From positions 1-24,427 of IMG/VR virus record IMGVR_UViG_3300031627_001042: DNA of 24,427 bases; one strand, written 5' to 3'. Positions 23,935 through 24,427 of the stretch are shown here, in pieces. The DNA is from a virus. Its lineage: Duplodnaviria > Caudoviricetes. The first letter of the stretch is position 1. Each line of letters opens with the position of its first letter. The notes beneath the pieces were generated by a model. It was not told the origin of the DNA and ran no database searches. It saw only the letters and a list, made by a program, of their open reading frames with translations. The translations under genes and the position numbers were made by a program.

Positions 23935-24427
23935 ATGGTGGTCAAAAGGTATGTTGGAGATAAGCTAGTAGGCTTAAATAGCGAAAAGGATGGTGTTTTA
24001 CATACCGTATCTGACGGCGCAAACTTTTACTCTACAGATTCCCCTTATAAAGTCTACATAAAGGAGAACGGAGTATGGCAAGAGATAAGCGGGGGCTCAG
24101 GAGCTACTGGTACTTCAGGTTCTTCTGGCGTAGATGGGACTTCTGGTGCTGATGGTACTTCAGGAAGTTCTGGCGTAGATGGGACTTCTGGTGCTGATGG
24201 TACTTCAGGAAGTTCTGGCGTAGATGGGACTTCGGGTACTTCAGGTTCCTCTGGTATATCTGGTACTTCAGGAAGTTCTGGCGTAGATGGGACTTCGGGT
24301 ACTTCAGGTTCCTCTGGTATATCTGGTACTTCAGGAAGTTCTGGCGTAGATGGGACTTCGGGTACTTCAGGTTCCTCTGGTATATCTGGTACTTCAGGAA
24401 GTTCTGGCGTAGATGGGACTTCGGGTA
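23935..24427 (+). CDS. Gly-X-X Ser/Thr repeat (collagen-like) virion protein, 3' truncated
   Basis: Not in ORF track (runs off the edge). MVVKRYVGDK...ENGVWQEISGGSGATGTSGSSGVDGTSGADGTSGSSGVD..., open to the end of the window. Confidence 0.85.
   Translation, partial: MVVKRYVGDKLVGLNSEKDGVLHTVSDGANFYSTDSPYKVYIKENGVWQEISGGSGATGTSGSSGVDGTSGADGTSGSSGVDGTSGADGTSGSSGVDGTSGTSGSSGISGTSGSSGVDGTSGTSGSSGISGTSGSSGVDGTSGTSGSSGISGTSGSSGVDGTSG
24109..24427 (+). repeat. Coding tandem repeat: 9-bp units arranged as 2 x 45 bp then 3.6 x 63 bp
   Basis: 45-bp units at 24109 and 24154; identical 63-bp units (GTS GSS GVD GTS GTS GSS GIS) at 24199, 24262, 24325 and a partial one at 24388. Confidence 0.95.

Noticed and set aside
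24109-24427. CRISPR array or tubC-like centromere
   Set aside because: No unique spacers; unit lengths are multiples of 9 and lie in an open frame encoding Gly-X-X.
1-24427. Archaeal virus or eukaryotic giant virus origin suggested by the CetZ-like tubulin and ERCC4 nuclease
   Set aside because: A sigma70-type factor, SD sites, hairpin-polyT terminators, phoH and heptosyltransferases point to a bacterial host; terminase, portal and protease indicate a tailed phage.
1-24427. Stop-codon reassignment
   Set aside because: Genes are long and densely packed under the standard code; TAA, TGA (1607, 5491, 9694) and TAG (18688) all end genes at sensible boundaries.
1-24427. tRNA, rRNA or structured ncRNA genes
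   Set aside because: Intergenic gaps are about 110 nt at most and are explained by terminators and promoter elements; no cloverleaf seen.

Overview
AT-rich fragment of a large tailed dsDNA bacteriophage genome (Caudoviricetes-like). All supported genes but one are on the + strand. Order: 3' end of phoH; a small antisense Zn-peptidase-like gene; Zn-ribbon protein; a sigma70-type factor with a Cys-rich insert; a hypothetical (possible TerS); Zn-finger/ERCC4 nuclease; large terminase; Ser-Gly-rich virion protein; portal; a tubulin/FtsZ-superfamily GTPase 4 nt after the portal; three small hypotheticals; prohead protease-scaffold; probable capsid decoration protein; major capsid protein; further probable virion proteins (two LamG-like); a glycosylation cluster (GT9, a 1248-aa GT4-GT2-Aah/TibC heptosyltransferase-FkbM fusion, DUF6165-like); and the start of a Gly-X-X Ser/Thr repeat protein. 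Two candidate systems stand out: (1) a tubulin embedded in the head-assembly operon and (2) a virion O-glycosylation apparatus next to Ser-Gly-rich candidate acceptors. A recurring (G)TGTA(A/T) element precedes structural transcription units and may be read by the phage sigma factor. All family calls come from motif recognition by eye; no searches were run.
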